Shown piece by piece: positions 36,329 through 48,963 of a stretch of 64,000 bases of DNA. Numbering within the stretch: position 1 is the stretch's first letter; each line of letters starts with the position of its first letter. Where the stretch lies: positions 558,001 to 622,000 of the forward strand of contig UYFQ01000001.1 in the NCBI GenBank assembly GCA_900617105.1, given 5' to 3'. This DNA is from Hydrurus foetidus. Its lineage: Eukaryota. The position numbers and the translations under genes were made by a program. The notes beneath the pieces were generated by a model. It did no database searches. It worked only from the letters and a program-made list of their open reading frames with translations, and was not told where the DNA came from.

Positions 36329-37513
36329 TCAGGGAAGGGCTGTCGGTTTGGAGAAATATGCCGATGACAGTGCTTTGAACTGTCCGGCATCGGTATTGAT
36401 GTTGGTTTGTGCGGCATCCCCTGGGCCGAAGACGATCCCAATGCCCCCTGCGGCCACCATCTCAGCGGTGTGTGTCAAAAAGTAGCGGGCTTTGTTGTCA
36501 CGCCAGGCATTCACGCGCCCCCCTGAGGTCTCAGAGGGCACACCCAAGGGTGTTTGCCACCAAAGCAAGGGCAATTGCAGGCCCTCTGCGTAGCTTTGCG
36601 CTATCCGGAAATGGTCTTTGAAATGGGGTGAGACCAGGTTGTTTTCATCCCAGCGTTTCAGTGAGCGGGTGGTCTGCGCCCGATTGCAGCTGGCGGCGAC
36701 ATAAGCTGCTTCTATGCAGCCTATGTCGCGATCTAACGTGGTGATCACCACAAAATCAGCTTTATCGGCGCCGATGCGCTTCATGTAGCTGAGCTCGGTG
36801 AGCAAAAGATCATCGAAGATAGAGGGCGGAAAGCCAATGTAGGCATAGGGGGCGTAGGTACGGGCCATTTTGACTAAGCAAGCGGCGACACCGATAAGGT
36901 CATTGCTCAGGCCGGTGCAGTCTTGTCCGCTGGTGCTGGTAACGAGTGCGCTCTGTCGTGTCGGGTCACTGTTGAGGCGTTGGGCGTAGCCCCAAAAATC
37001 GGGTTCCAGGTTGACCAGTGCTGGCTTACCGTAGGTTTTGAGTTGGGTGAACAACAGTCTCACGTTGTTCCAGTATTGGGTCATGAATGCCGGGTTGCTT
37101 AAGTTAGACAAATTGCCATCGCCGTTTGCGGCCATTTGGTACAGCGTGTACATGGGCATAGCCCCCATCTTTTCAGCGTCCTGCGCAATCGTCTGCACGT
37201 AAGCACCGCTGACGCTGGTGTAGGTTGGCCACGAGTCAGCGCCCACACCGCTCAGGTACTGGTCGTAAATATCGGGGGTTAGCTTTTGCTTTTGCACGTC
37301 AGCGACACCCACCGTGCCCAGACCCACCAGAAAGCGTGCGGGCTTGCCCAAGGCCGAAACCAGCATGCTGCGGCGCTTTTGCAGCATGGACTGCGCGGTG
37401 TCTGTGCTCGGGTTGGCTGTGCTACCGCCGCCGCATGACGCCAGGAAACCCAGGCTTAGGCCCAGTGCGAGGGTGCGCAAAGCAGCGCTGGAGGTTGGTA
37501 AAAAGTAAGACAT
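36329..37513 (-). CDS. Lipoprotein with a probable glycoside-hydrolase-like TIM barrel
   Basis: Lipobox LASC, YDQYL, VNLEPDFWGY and LLWWQTPLG motifs. Family uncertain. Confidence 0.55.
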   Translation of the reverse strand: MSYFLPTSSAALRTLALGLSLGFLASCGGGSTANPSTDTAQSMLQKRRSMLVSALGKPARFLVGLGTVGVADVQKQKLTPDIYDQYLSGVGADSWPTYTSVSGAYVQTIAQDAEKMGAMPMYTLYQMAANGDGNLSNLSNPAFMTQYWNNVRLLFTQLKTYGKPALVNLEPDFWGYAQRLNSDPTRQSALVTSTSGQDCTGLSNDLIGVAACLVKMARTYAPYAYIGFPPSIFDDLLLTELSYMKRIGADKADFVVITTLDRDIGCIEAAYVAASCNRAQTTRSLKRWDENNLVSPHFKDHFRIAQSYAEGLQLPLLWWQTPLGVPSETSGGRVNAWRDNKARYFLTHTAEMVAAGGIGIVFGPGDAAQTNINTDAGQFKALSSAYFSKPTALP

Positions 37514-37632
37514 TCAAATAACAACAAATTGCTCCAATATGTTTCCTAATGTAACTTAAGTGGCAATAATGTCAATATGTGACAAATACGGTATTCCATC
37601 TGTGCGCTGAATAAGCAAGCTGAGCCGTCTAA

Positions 37633-38955
<1,323 letters not shown>

Positions 38956-38976
38956 TAGAATTCGTCGCAAGAATCA

Positions 38977-39064
38977 GGAGAAGTGGCAGAGTGGCCGAAT
39001 GTACCTGACTCGAAATCAGGCGTACCGCAAGGTACCGTGGGTTCGAATCCCACCTTCTCCTCCA
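38977..39064 (+). tRNA. tRNA-Ser(CGA)
   Basis: GGAGAAG/CTTCTCC acceptor stem, anticodon arm CCTGA-CTCGAAA-TCAGG, long variable arm GTACC-GCAA-GGTAC, GTTCGAATC T-loop and encoded CCA. Confidence 0.97.
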
Positions 39065-39072
39065 AGATGCAT

Positions 39073-39115
39073 AAAGCCTCATTGCTATAAATAAAGTAGC
39101 GATGAGGCTTTTTTG
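39073..39115 (+). terminator. Rho-independent terminator after tRNA-Ser
   Basis: AAAGCCTCATTGCTA...TAGCGATGAGGCTTT followed by a T run. Confidence 0.8.
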
Positions 39116-39351
39116 TTGTAGGCCGTGGGTAAATTGTTGGGCAACTCAAGCTTGTTTGCTTTTTTTGCCGATGGCAATTGCCAGGGTATCGATGGCCAAG
39201 TGGGCATAACGCTGGATGCTGCGGTGGGGGGCGCGTTTGAGCTTCTGGCCGAGCACATGGCAGCTTGCGATTTTGACGAGGCGCTGCTGGTGTTGTAGGC
39301 GTCAGTTAAAATCACGCCACACTTACAAGGATAAAGAAAGGCACTTTGGTT

Positions 39352-39402
39352 ATGACACCGCGAACTACACCGATGACAGTTACACGTCCCACAGGTCGCT
39401 AG
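39352..39402 (+). CDS. Thr-rich leader peptide of thrS (MTPRTTPMTVTRPTGR)
   Basis: 16 codons with 6 Thr (5 ACA, 1 ACT). GAAAGG upstream. Followed by antiterminator and terminator elements. Confidence 0.8.
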   Translation: MTPRTTPMTVTRPTGR

Positions 39403-39442
39403 TCCGCGCGCCTTGGGCGCAGAGTGCTATTTAATTCAGAGT

Positions 39443-39470
39443 AAAAAGCGCGGTTTTGTCCGCGCTTTTT
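39443..39470 (+). terminator. Attenuator terminator in the thrS leader
   Basis: AAAAAGCGCGG-TTTTGT-CCGCGCTTTTT. Its 5' arm can alternatively pair with CCGCGC at 39404-39409. Confidence 0.8.
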
Positions 39471-39522
39471 GCATTCTGAGCGTCTCCATGTTCCATTTTG
39501 TTTAATTTTAAAAATGACCACC

Positions 39523-41431
39523 ATGATTCACATCACGCTTCCTGACGGCTCACAACGCGAATTTCCCGGCCCGGTAACGGTCGCTGAAGTGGCCGCCTCC
39601 ATTGGTGCGGGCCTCGCCAAAGCCGCGCTGGCAGGCAAAGTTGACGGCAAAGTCGTTGACACCAGCCACTTGATCGAAGCGGACAGCCCGCTCGCCATCA
39701 TCACCGCCAAAGATGCCGAGGGCTTGGATGTGATTCGCCACTCTGCTGCTCACTTGTTGGCTTACGCGGTGAAAGATTTGTTTCCCGATGCACAAGTCAC
39801 CATTGGCCCTGTCATCGAAAACGGCTTTTTCTACGATTTTTCCTACAAGCGCCCGTTCACGTTGGACGATTTGACTGCGATTGAAAAGCGCATGAGCGAG
39901 CTGGCCGCTAAGGATGAGCCGGTGCTGCGCCGTGTGTTGCCGCGTGACGAAGCCATCGCCTATTTCAAAGGCATGGGTGAGCACTACAAAGCGGAAATCA
40001 TCGGCAGCATTCCTTCGGGTGAAGACGTGTCGCTCTACCGCGAAGGTGCGTTTGAAGACCTGTGCCGTGGCCCCCACGTCCCCAGCACCGGCAAGCTCAA
40101 GCACTTCAAGCTGATGAAAGTAGCTGGTGCGTACTGGCGTGGCGATCACCGCAATGAAATGCTGCAACGCATTTACGGTACGGCCTGGGCCACCAAAGAC
40201 GAGTTGCAACAGCATTTGACGATGCTCGAAGAAGCCGAAAAGCGCGACCACCGCAAGTTAGGCAAAGAGCTGGACTATTTCCACATGGACGAACACGCAC
40301 CGGGTTTGGTGTTTTGGCATCCCAAAGGCTGGTCGCTGTGGCAGCAAGTCGAGCAGTACATGCGCCACGTCTACGTGGATAACGGCTACCAGGAGGTTAA
40401 AGGCCCGCAGATTCTGGACAAAGGCTTGTGGGAGAAGACCGGCCATTGGGCCAACTACCGCGACAACATGTTCACCACCGAATCGGAAAAGCGCGAGTAC
40501 GCACTGAAACCGATGAACTGCCCCGGCCATGTACTGATTTTCAAATCTGACATGCGCAGCTACCGTGATTTGCCTCTGCGTTACGGCGAATTTGGCCAAT
40601 GCCACCGCAATGAGCCCAGCGGCGCACTGCACGGCATCATGCGCGTGCGGGGCTTCACGCAAGACGATGGCCATGTGTTTTGCACCGAAGACCAAATCTT
40701 GGACGAATGCGTGGCCTACACCACGCTGCTGCAAAAGGTCTACAAAGACTTTGGCTTCACCGACATCATCTACAAAGTGGCTACACGGCCAGACAATCGC
40801 GTCGGCTCGGACGAGCTGTGGGACAAGGCGGAATATGCGGTGATGGAATCGCTGCGCCGCTCAGGCGTTGACTACATCGTGTCGCCCGGTGATGGCGCGT
40901 TTTACGGCCCCAAAATCGAATACACGCTGAAAGACGCGATTGGCCGCCAGTGGCAATGCGGCACCATGCAGGTTGATTTCAACACCGCTGAACGCTTGGG
41001 TGGTGAGTACGTTACCGAAGACCAGTGGCCGTGCGCACCCGGTCATGTTGCACCGCGCCATTGTTGGCAGCTTGGAGCGTTTCATCGGCATTTTGATCGA
41101 AGCAGCATGCTGGTGCGATGCCAGCTTGGTTGGCTCCGGTGCAGGTTTCAGTGCTCAATATCACCGAAGGACAGGCCGATTACGCCCGTGATGTTGCTAA
41201 AACGCTGCAAAATCAAGGGCTTAGGGTCAACCTTGATCTGCACAACGAGAAAATAACGTATAAAATACGGAAGCATTCGATGCAAAAGCTGCCCTATATC
41301 CTTGTCTAGGCGACAAAGAGATGGCAGCAGGTGCCGTTGCAGTGCGCGCCCGAGGCAATCTTGACCTCGGTGCAATGTCCTTAGAAGCGTTTTCGCAACG
41401 CATCGCCTGCGACATTGCTGGCAAAGTTTAA
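39523..41431 (+). CDS. thrS: Threonyl-tRNA synthetase (apparent frameshifts near 41020, 41102 and 41307, likely sequence errors)
   Basis: [28 protein letters not shown] and FYGPK motifs. The C-terminal motifs [15 protein letters not shown] and GDKE continue in other frames. Confidence 0.95.
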
Positions 41432-41528
41432 TTCCGTTGACCACTTAACGAATCATGCTTTAGCCCGCGCGCATCAAACGGTGTGCGCTATCTTTTTTGA
41501 TAGTACTTTGATTCTAAGGACTTGAGCC

Positions 41529-42122
41529 ATCGCTACTGAATACCGCGACCGTCGCCACCGCGAGGAACGCAAACACCGCCTTAACCGGGAAATCATGGCC
41601 CCGGAAGTTCGCCTCTCAGGGGTCGATAACGAGCCACTCGGGGTGGTCAACATCAACGAAGCCCTGCGTTTAGCGGGCGAGTTGGATGTTGACTTGGTTG
41701 AAATCGCCGCTACGGCTGTCCCTCCGGTTTGCCGGTTGATGGACTACGGCAAATTCAAGTACCAAGAGCAAAAACGTGCTGCGGAAGCGAAAGCCAAGCA
41801 AACCGTCATCGAAATCAAGGAAATCAAATTCCGCCCTGGTACCGATGATGGTGACTACAACATCAAGATGCGCAATATTCGGCGTTTCTTGGGCGAAGGC
41901 GACAAGTGCAAGATCACTTTGCGTTTTCGGGGGCGCGAAATCACCCACCAGGAAATCGGCATGGCCCTACTTAACCGCATCCGTGACGAGCTGGCGGACA
42001 TCATCTTGGTTGAGCAGTTCCCTAAGCTGGAAGGCCGCCAGATGATCATGATGATTGCCCCCGGCAAAAAGAAGGTTCCGGTGCGGCCTGCGGCTGTGGC
42101 TGAAGTGCCTCAAGCGGCTTAA
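41529..42122 (+). CDS. infC: Translation initiation factor IF-3, non-canonical ATC start
   Basis: The ORF extends 22 codons upstream of ATG 41595 ([22 protein letters not shown]) to an ATC preceded by [17 protein letters not shown] and KEIKFRP motifs. Confidence 0.93.
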   Translation: MATEYRDRRHREERKHRLNREIMAPEVRLSGVDNEPLGVVNINEALRLAGELDVDLVEIAATAVPPVCRLMDYGKFKYQEQKRAAEAKAKQTVIEIKEIKFRPGTDDGDYNIKMRNIRRFLGEGDKCKITLRFRGREITHQEIGMALLNRIRDELADIILVEQFPKLEGRQMIMMIAPGKKKVPVRPAAVAEVPQAA

Positions 42123-42318
42123 GCTGGTAAAAAATTCAGAGTGCAGTTTCGACTGCATTCAGAAATGGGCAGTGCTGAAAAGCGCACCCTTGTAGCGGTG
42201 TAAAAACCGTTGCTAAAAAGTGTTTAACTTTATTGTTTTGCACTAAAAGTGGCTCGGGGCCGTCAAGGCTGTAAGCTAGTTTGCAGCGCCTCACGAGCAC
42301 AATGTTAAGGAGCATCTA

Positions 42319-42521
42319 ATGCCCAAAATGAAGACCAAGAGCAGTGCGAAAAAGCGTTTCCGCGTTCGTCCTGGTGGAACCGTTAAGCGCGGCCAAGCCT
42401 TCAAACGTCACATCTTGACCAAGAAGACCACCAAAAACAAACGCCAATTGCGTGGAACAGTGCTGTTCATGAGACCAATATGGGTCACATGGCGCAGATG
42501 CTGCCCGGCCGTGGTATTTAA
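42319..42521 (+). CDS. rpmI: 50S ribosomal protein L35 (1-nt deletion near 42461, likely sequence error)
   Basis: [14 protein letters not shown]...HILTKK. The tail [15 protein letters not shown] lies in the shifted frame. Confidence 0.93.
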
Positions 42522-42545
42522 TTAACGACGAACAAGGAGTAATAC

Positions 42546-42905
42546 ATGCCTCGCGTCAAACGTGGTGTAACGGCCAGAGCCCGTCACAAAAAAGTACTCG
42601 CCCTCGCAAAGGGCTTCCGTGGTCGCCGCGGTAACGTCTATCGCATCGCTAAAGAAGCGGTGATGAAGGCTGGGCAATATGCCTACCGTGACCGCCGCAC
42701 CAAAAAGCGTGTGTTCCGTCAACTGTGGATTGCGCGTATCAACGCTGCAGCCCGTAGCTGCGGCATGACGTACAGCCAGTTTGCTAATGGCGTGCGCAAA
42801 GCTGGCATCGAGATCGACCGCAAGGTTCTGTCCGATATGGCGATCCACGACATGCCTGCTTTCGCAAGCATCGTTGAAACGGTAAGCGCCAAGCTGGCAG
42901 CTTGA
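42546..42905 (+). CDS. rplT: 50S ribosomal protein L20
   Basis: [23 protein letters not shown] and IDRKVLSD motifs. Confidence 0.98.
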   Translation: MPRVKRGVTARARHKKVLALAKGFRGRRGNVYRIAKEAVMKAGQYAYRDRRTKKRVFRQLWIARINAAARSCGMTYSQFANGVRKAGIEIDRKVLSDMAIHDMPAFASIVETVSAKLAA

Positions 42906-42957
42906 AACTGCACCGTTGACATGCTATCGTTAAGGTAGCTGTCCACGCCCCTAGAAC

Positions 42958-42997
42958 AAGGGCTAGCGCTTTAATCGGCACTAGCCCTTTGTTTTTT
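42958..42997 (+). terminator. Terminator between rplT and pheS
   Basis: AAGGGCTAG...CTAGCCCTT followed by TGTTTTTT. Confidence 0.7.
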
Positions 42998-43037
42998 ACA
43001 GCCTTCAAAAGCCATAAAAACAAGTTAGAAGCACGTT

Positions 43038-44109
<1,072 letters not shown>

Positions 44110-44148
44110 ACGCTCCCTGACCGACCTCATCCTCCAAAGAAGAGAACT

Positions 44149-46600
44149 ATGCAATTCCCTGAATCCTGGTTGCGCGAATTTTGCAACCCTGCCATAAGCA
44201 CCCAACAGTTCGCCGATACCCTGACCATGGCCGGTCTGGAGGTGGAAGATACTCATCCTGTAGCGCCGCCGTTCACCAAATCGTGGTGGGTGAAATCAAA
44301 GAAGCGGTGCAACACCCCAACGCTGACCGCCTGCGCATTTGCCAGGTGGATGTGGGGCAAACCACGCTGTTGAACATCGTTTGCGGTGCTCCGAATGCCC
44401 GTGTTGGCATCAAAGTGCCTTGCGCGCTGGTCGGTGCTGAGCTGCCCCCTGGTGAAGACGGCAAGCCCTTCTTGATCAAGCTCGGCCAGCTGCGCGGCGT
44501 GGAAAGCCAGGGCATGTTGTGCTCTGCCGCGAACTCAAGCTTGTCTGACGACCATGGCGGGTTGCTTGAACTGGCCGCAGATGCCCCTGTTGGTCAAAGA
44601 CATTCGCGAGCATCTGCTGCTTGACGACACGCTGTTCACCCTCAAGCTCACGCCCAACCTGGGCCGTGCGCTCAGCGTTTACGGTATTGCCCGCGAAGTG
44701 GCTGCTTTGACGGGCACACCGTTGTCAACACCGCAGTTCCCGCCTGTGCCGGTGCAGGGGGCTGACCGCTTGGCCGTCAAAATCAGCGCGCCGGACTTGT
44801 GCGGTCGTTTCTCGGGTCGCATCATCCGTGGCGTGAACACGAAAGCCAAAACCCCACAGTGGATGGTTGACCGCCTCGCCCGTTGCGGCCAGCGCAGCGT
44901 GACCGCACTGGTGGACATCTCGAACTACGTGATGTTCGAGTACGGTCGTCCTACGCATATTTTTGACCTCGACAAAATCCACGGTGGCCTGGACGTGCGC
45001 TGGGGCAAGCCCGGTGAAACGCTCAAACTGCTCAATGGCAACACCGTCACGGTGGACGAGAAGGTCGGCGTGATTGCTGACGACCAAGCTATCGAATCGC
45101 TAGCGGGCATCATGGGCGGCGACGCGACAGCGGTGTCCGATGACACGCAAAACATCTACGTCGAAGCCGCCTTTTGGTGGCCCGAAACGGTGGCGGGGCG
45201 TTCGCGTCGCTTCAATTTCTCGACCGATGCAGGCCACCGCTTTGAGCGCGGCGTGGATGCCAGCCAGACCGTGGAACACATCGAGCGCATCAGCCAGTTG
45301 ATGCTCGATATTTGCGGTACGGCTGACACCGTGTGCTGCCCTATGGATGACCAGCAGGTCAATATGCCTGTGGCCCCGCCCGTCACCTTGCGCATCGCCC
45401 GTGCGGCCAAAATTCTGGGTTTGCCACTGACGCAGGCCGAGTGCGCTTTGGCCTTCAAACGCCTGGGTTTGCCCACCGTGGAAGGCGAGGGCACCTTGAC
45501 CGTCACGCCACCACCGTACCGTTTTGATTTGGTGATCGAAGAAGACCTGATCGAAGAAGTGGCCCGCATGGTGGGCTTCGACAACCTGCCCACCACGCCG
45601 CCGCTGGGGCCCATCACCCCCAAACTGCGCCCTGAAGCACAGCGCAGCCGTTTTGCCGTGCGCCGCGCTTTGGCGGCACTGGGCTACCAGGAAACCATCA
45701 ACTTCAGCTTTGTGGAAGAACGCTGGGAACACGAGTTGGCCGGTAACGCCAACCCCATCCAGCTGCTGAACCCCATTGCCAGCCAAATGAGCGTCATGCG
45801 CTCGTCTTTATTGGGTTCCTTGCTACAAAGTTTGAAATTCAACCTCGACCGCAAGCGCCGACCGTGTACGCCTGTTTGAAGTGGGCCGCGTGTTCTTGCG
45901 GGACGATACCGTTGTAACCACCGACAGCACCGTGGCAGGCATCCACCAGCCCATGCGTGTGGCTGGTTTGATTTATGGCCGTGCCGACACGCTGCAATGG
46001 AGCCAAAAAGCCGGCCCTGCTGATTTCTTTGATGCCAAAGGCGATGTGCAAGCGCTGTTGGCCCCGCACCAAGCCGTGTTTGAGGCCGCTGATCATCCCG
46101 CCATGCACCCTGGCCGCTGTGCCCGCGTGGTGCTGAACGGGCAGGCTATCGGTTTTGTGGGCGAACTGCACCCCCGCTGGCGGCAAAGCCATGAGCTGGC
46201 ACAAGCACCCCAGTTGTTTGAGCTGAACTTGGATGCCGTGCTGGCGCGTACCGTGCCTGTGGCGACAGCGGTGTCCAAATTCCAAGCGGTGCAGCGCGAT
46301 CTCGCTGTGATCGTGGCGGAGAAGGTCACGTACTCAGAATTAACAGCAGCTGTGCAAGGCGCACCGGGCGTGACGGGCGAATTTGCAGGCTTGCTGCAAG
46401 ACACGCTGCTGTTCGACGTGTTCCGCCCGGCACCGAATGCGGCTGTGCAAGCGGGTGGCTTGGCTCATGGCGAAAAGAGCCTGGCCGTGCGCATTACCTT
46501 GAATGGTGACAGCGCCACGCTGACCGAAGCTCAGATTGATGCCGCCATGCAGTCCATCGTTCAGACCGTGACTGAGCGTTTAGGTGCGCGTTTGCGCTAA
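44149..46600 (+). CDS. pheT: Phenylalanyl-tRNA synthetase beta subunit (apparent frameshifts near 44280, 44530-44595 and 45860)
   Basis: [49 protein letters not shown] and KSLA motifs spread over several frames. Confidence 0.93.
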
Positions 46601-46618
46601 GGTAAAAGGTACTCTGCC

Positions 46619-46960
46619 ATGGAAATCACCGTAGAAAGCCTAGAGACACCGGCCTTGACCAAGGCGCAGTTGGCCGAAATGCTGTTTGAACAGATTGGCT
46701 TGAACAAGCGCGAGTCCAAAGACATGATCGAAGCCTTTTTTGACCTGATGAGCGAAAGTCTGGTGGAGGGCAATGACGTGAAAATCTCTGGCTTTGGCAA
46801 TTACCAAATCCGAACCAAGGCCCCCCGCCCAGGGCGCAACCCGCGCACGGGTGAGGCGATTCCGATCGCCGCACGCCGGGTGGTGACGTTCCATGCCAGT
46901 CACAAGCTGAAAGCGCAGATTCAAGGTGATTCAGCGCTTTCAGCTGACGAGCCTGACTGA
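46619..46960 (+). CDS. ihfA: Integration host factor alpha
   Basis: ALTKAQLAE, KISGFGN, RPGRNPRTGE and RRVVTF motifs. Follows pheT. Confidence 0.96.
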   Translation: MEITVESLETPALTKAQLAEMLFEQIGLNKRESKDMIEAFFDLMSESLVEGNDVKISGFGNYQIRTKAPRPGRNPRTGEAIPIAARRVVTFHASHKLKAQIQGDSALSADEPD

Positions 46961-47122
46961 TCTGATCAAACAATTCAGGCGCGTTATGGCGCGCTGCGGA
47001 GGAGGGGCAGTAAATCACGTTTGTCACCACACTTGAGGTTAATTTTGCCCAACTGCACCCATTGACTGAAGTTGGGGTAATCTCCCTTATCTTCCATTTT
47101 TTGGTGTACTGCATTGATTTCA

Positions 47123-47578
47123 ATGGAGAATTCACTCCCCCCCATTCCTGCTAAGCGCTACTTCACCATCGGTGAGGTAGGTGACTTGTGTGGTGTCAAG
47201 CCGCATGTGCTTCGCTATTGGGAGCAAGAGTTCACGCAACTTCGCCCAATGAAGCGCCGTGGGAACCGTCGTTACTATCAACACCATGAGGTACTGATGG
47301 TTCGACGTATCCGTGAACTGCTGTACGACCAGGGCTTCACCATCAGCGGTGCGCGCAACAAAATAATCGAAATGGGGCATGGCGAGCGTGGCCACAGCAC
47401 TGCCCCAGCTGAGGAATCCACACTCTCTGGTCTGGATGTGGTGGAGCTGGTTGGCGTTGATTTCGCCAGCTTGTCGCAGTCTGTAGCGCCGCACATGGTT
47501 TTTGATGCACAAAGCAGTGCCTCGCAACTTGGGTACATACGCCAAGAGTTATGCAAAATTCGAGCGATGTTGGAATGA
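47123..47578 (+). CDS. MerR-family regulator (ihfA-linked)
   Basis: KRYFTIGEV, HVLRYWEQEF and RRGNRRYY motifs. Confidence 0.93.
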   Translation: MENSLPPIPAKRYFTIGEVGDLCGVKPHVLRYWEQEFTQLRPMKRRGNRRYYQHHEVLMVRRIRELLYDQGFTISGARNKIIEMGHGERGHSTAPAEESTLSGLDVVELVGVDFASLSQSVAPHMVFDAQSSASQLGYIRQELCKIRAMLE

Positions 47579-47621
47579 CCGTTATTTTTCTGTTTTGGCG
47601 GGCTATAATAGAAAGCTAATT

Positions 47622-47698
47622 CGGTGTGTGGCGCAGCCTGGTAGCGCACTTGCATGGGGTGCAAGGGGTCGAAGGTTCGAATCCTTTCACACCGACCA
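47622..47698 (+). tRNA. tRNA-Pro(GGG)
   Basis: CGGTGTG/CACACCG acceptor stem, anticodon arm CTTGC-ATGGGGT-GCAAG, GTTCGAATC and encoded CCA. Confidence 0.96.
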
Positions 47699-47706
47699 AA
47701 TGAATC

Positions 47707-47748
47707 AAGGACTTAGTTTCGAAAGAGGCTAAGTCCTTTCTTCTTTCT
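47707..47748 (+). terminator. Terminator after tRNA-Pro
   Basis: AAGGACTTAGTTTC-GAAA-GAGGCTAAGTCCTT followed by a T-rich tail. Confidence 0.8.
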
Positions 47749-47852
47749 GGCTCTGGTTTGTCAAATTGCCCCCGAATCAGTCGCGCAAAGGTGGCTGCAA
47801 ACCTTCAGATCACCATTTTTAGTGCTTCGGCGTAGTTATATATGCCAAATAG

Positions 47853-47900
47853 GCCTCTATCCTTCATAGAAAATGCAGAAGCAGCTATTAAATAGATAGC
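47853..47900 (+). repeat. Dispersed ~48-bp element with GCTAT-N7-ATAGC core (intergenic reference copy)
   Basis: GCCTCTATCCTTCATAGAAAATGCAGAAGCAGCTATTAAATAGATAGC. Related copies at about 15372-15419, 22270-22317, 41457-41504, 54446-54493 and 59927-59974. Confidence 0.6.
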
Positions 47901-47949
47901 GAATGCAAAGATGATTGCGACTGAAAAGTAAGCCAGCGGTCACTCTGAC

Positions 47950-48849
47950 TTACAGGCTGTTAGGGCTATATGTGTTTTCATGATGCTTCGAAAGCCACGC
48001 CCGGGGAGATGCGCCAACACGCTGCGCAAAAACGCGCGAGAGGGCGGATGCGTTTGCATAGCCCAAGTCAGGCGCTATGCGTTTAACGGCACGCCCCTGA
48101 CTCAACTGCTTCTTCGCAAGCGCCATGCGCCAATCGGTCAAATATTCCGCAGGGGCAACGCCCACCACGTTTTTGAAGCGGCTGGCGAATGCACTGCGGG
48201 ACATGGCAGCAAGCCCGGCGAGTGACTCCAGAGACCACAAAGTTTGTGGATCATCGTGCATGGCCGTCAGTGCCCTTGCGAGTTGGGGGTCTGCCAAGCC
48301 GGATACCAATCCCATGGACACGCCACTTTCCTCACCATGGTCCAGTAGCCAACGCAAAAGTTGCAGCAAGACCACTTCAAACAAACGATCGACCATCAGC
48401 CGGTGGCCGCAACGTACTTGGTCTGCCTCCTGAAACAGCAAATCCAGTGCGCCAGACAAGCCCGGTACCTGCGCCAGGGGCAGCACGATAGCGGGCGGCA
48501 GTGCGCGCGCCAGTGGGTGATTGGCTCCCCCTTCAAAGTGGACTGAGGCACAGGTGAAATCCGAGCCGTCCTTGGGCGCATTGTGAAACTGATGCGCAAG
48601 CGGCTGGGGGTAAAACAAGAGTGTTGGCTCGTTTACTTCCAAGCGCTGAATCGCACCCGCACCCTGGTGATGGGTCACCACCATGCTCCCCCTGCGAAGC
48701 ACATGAAAAAACCCTCTGCCGGGCTGGGCATCGAAGCTGTTGATACCACACAGGGCACCGGTATGGAACAAGTGCGCTGACACCTGAAACCGCTCCAAGA
48801 GCGAGGACAGCCGATCCAGTGCGACGGTAGGTGCAGCGTTTGTTGACAT
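47950..48849 (-). CDS. AraC-family regulator with cupin sensor domain (RclR-like)
   Basis: ALCG and FTCA Cys pair, WSLESLA, MSRSAFASRF and GYANASALSRVF motifs. Confidence 0.88.
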   Translation of the reverse strand: MSTNAAPTVALDRLSSLLERFQVSAHLFHTGALCGINSFDAQPGRGFFHVLRRGSMVVTHHQGAGAIQRLEVNEPTLLFYPQPLAHQFHNAPKDGSDFTCASVHFEGGANHPLARALPPAIVLPLAQVPGLSGALDLLFQEADQVRCGHRLMVDRLFEVVLLQLLRWLLDHGEESGVSMGLVSGLADPQLARALTAMHDDPQTLWSLESLAGLAAMSRSAFASRFKNVVGVAPAEYLTDWRMALAKKQLSQGRAVKRIAPDLGYANASALSRVFAQRVGASPRAWLSKHHENTYSPNSL

Positions 48850-48963
48850 GGATTTGTATGAATAGGTATGTTTTACATACTAAAAGATACTAATCATACA
48901 TGTTTCGCCGAGACAATTCTCCCTGTGCAGATTCGCACCGACCCACAGCAAAGAGGTATCGCA

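Noticed and set aside
39120..39300. Possible relic of a hybrid-kinase C-terminus (FELLAEHMAACDFDEALLVL*)
   Set aside because: The resemblance is too short to support without a search.
39443..39470. tRNA-Thr anticodon mimic (UGU in the hairpin loop), as in the E. coli thrS operator
   Set aside because: The loop geometry is not a clear 7-nt anticodon loop, and the hairpin is fully explained as the attenuator terminator.
42906..43037. pheM-like Phe leader peptide
   Set aside because: No Phe-rich short ORF was found, only a terminator hairpin.
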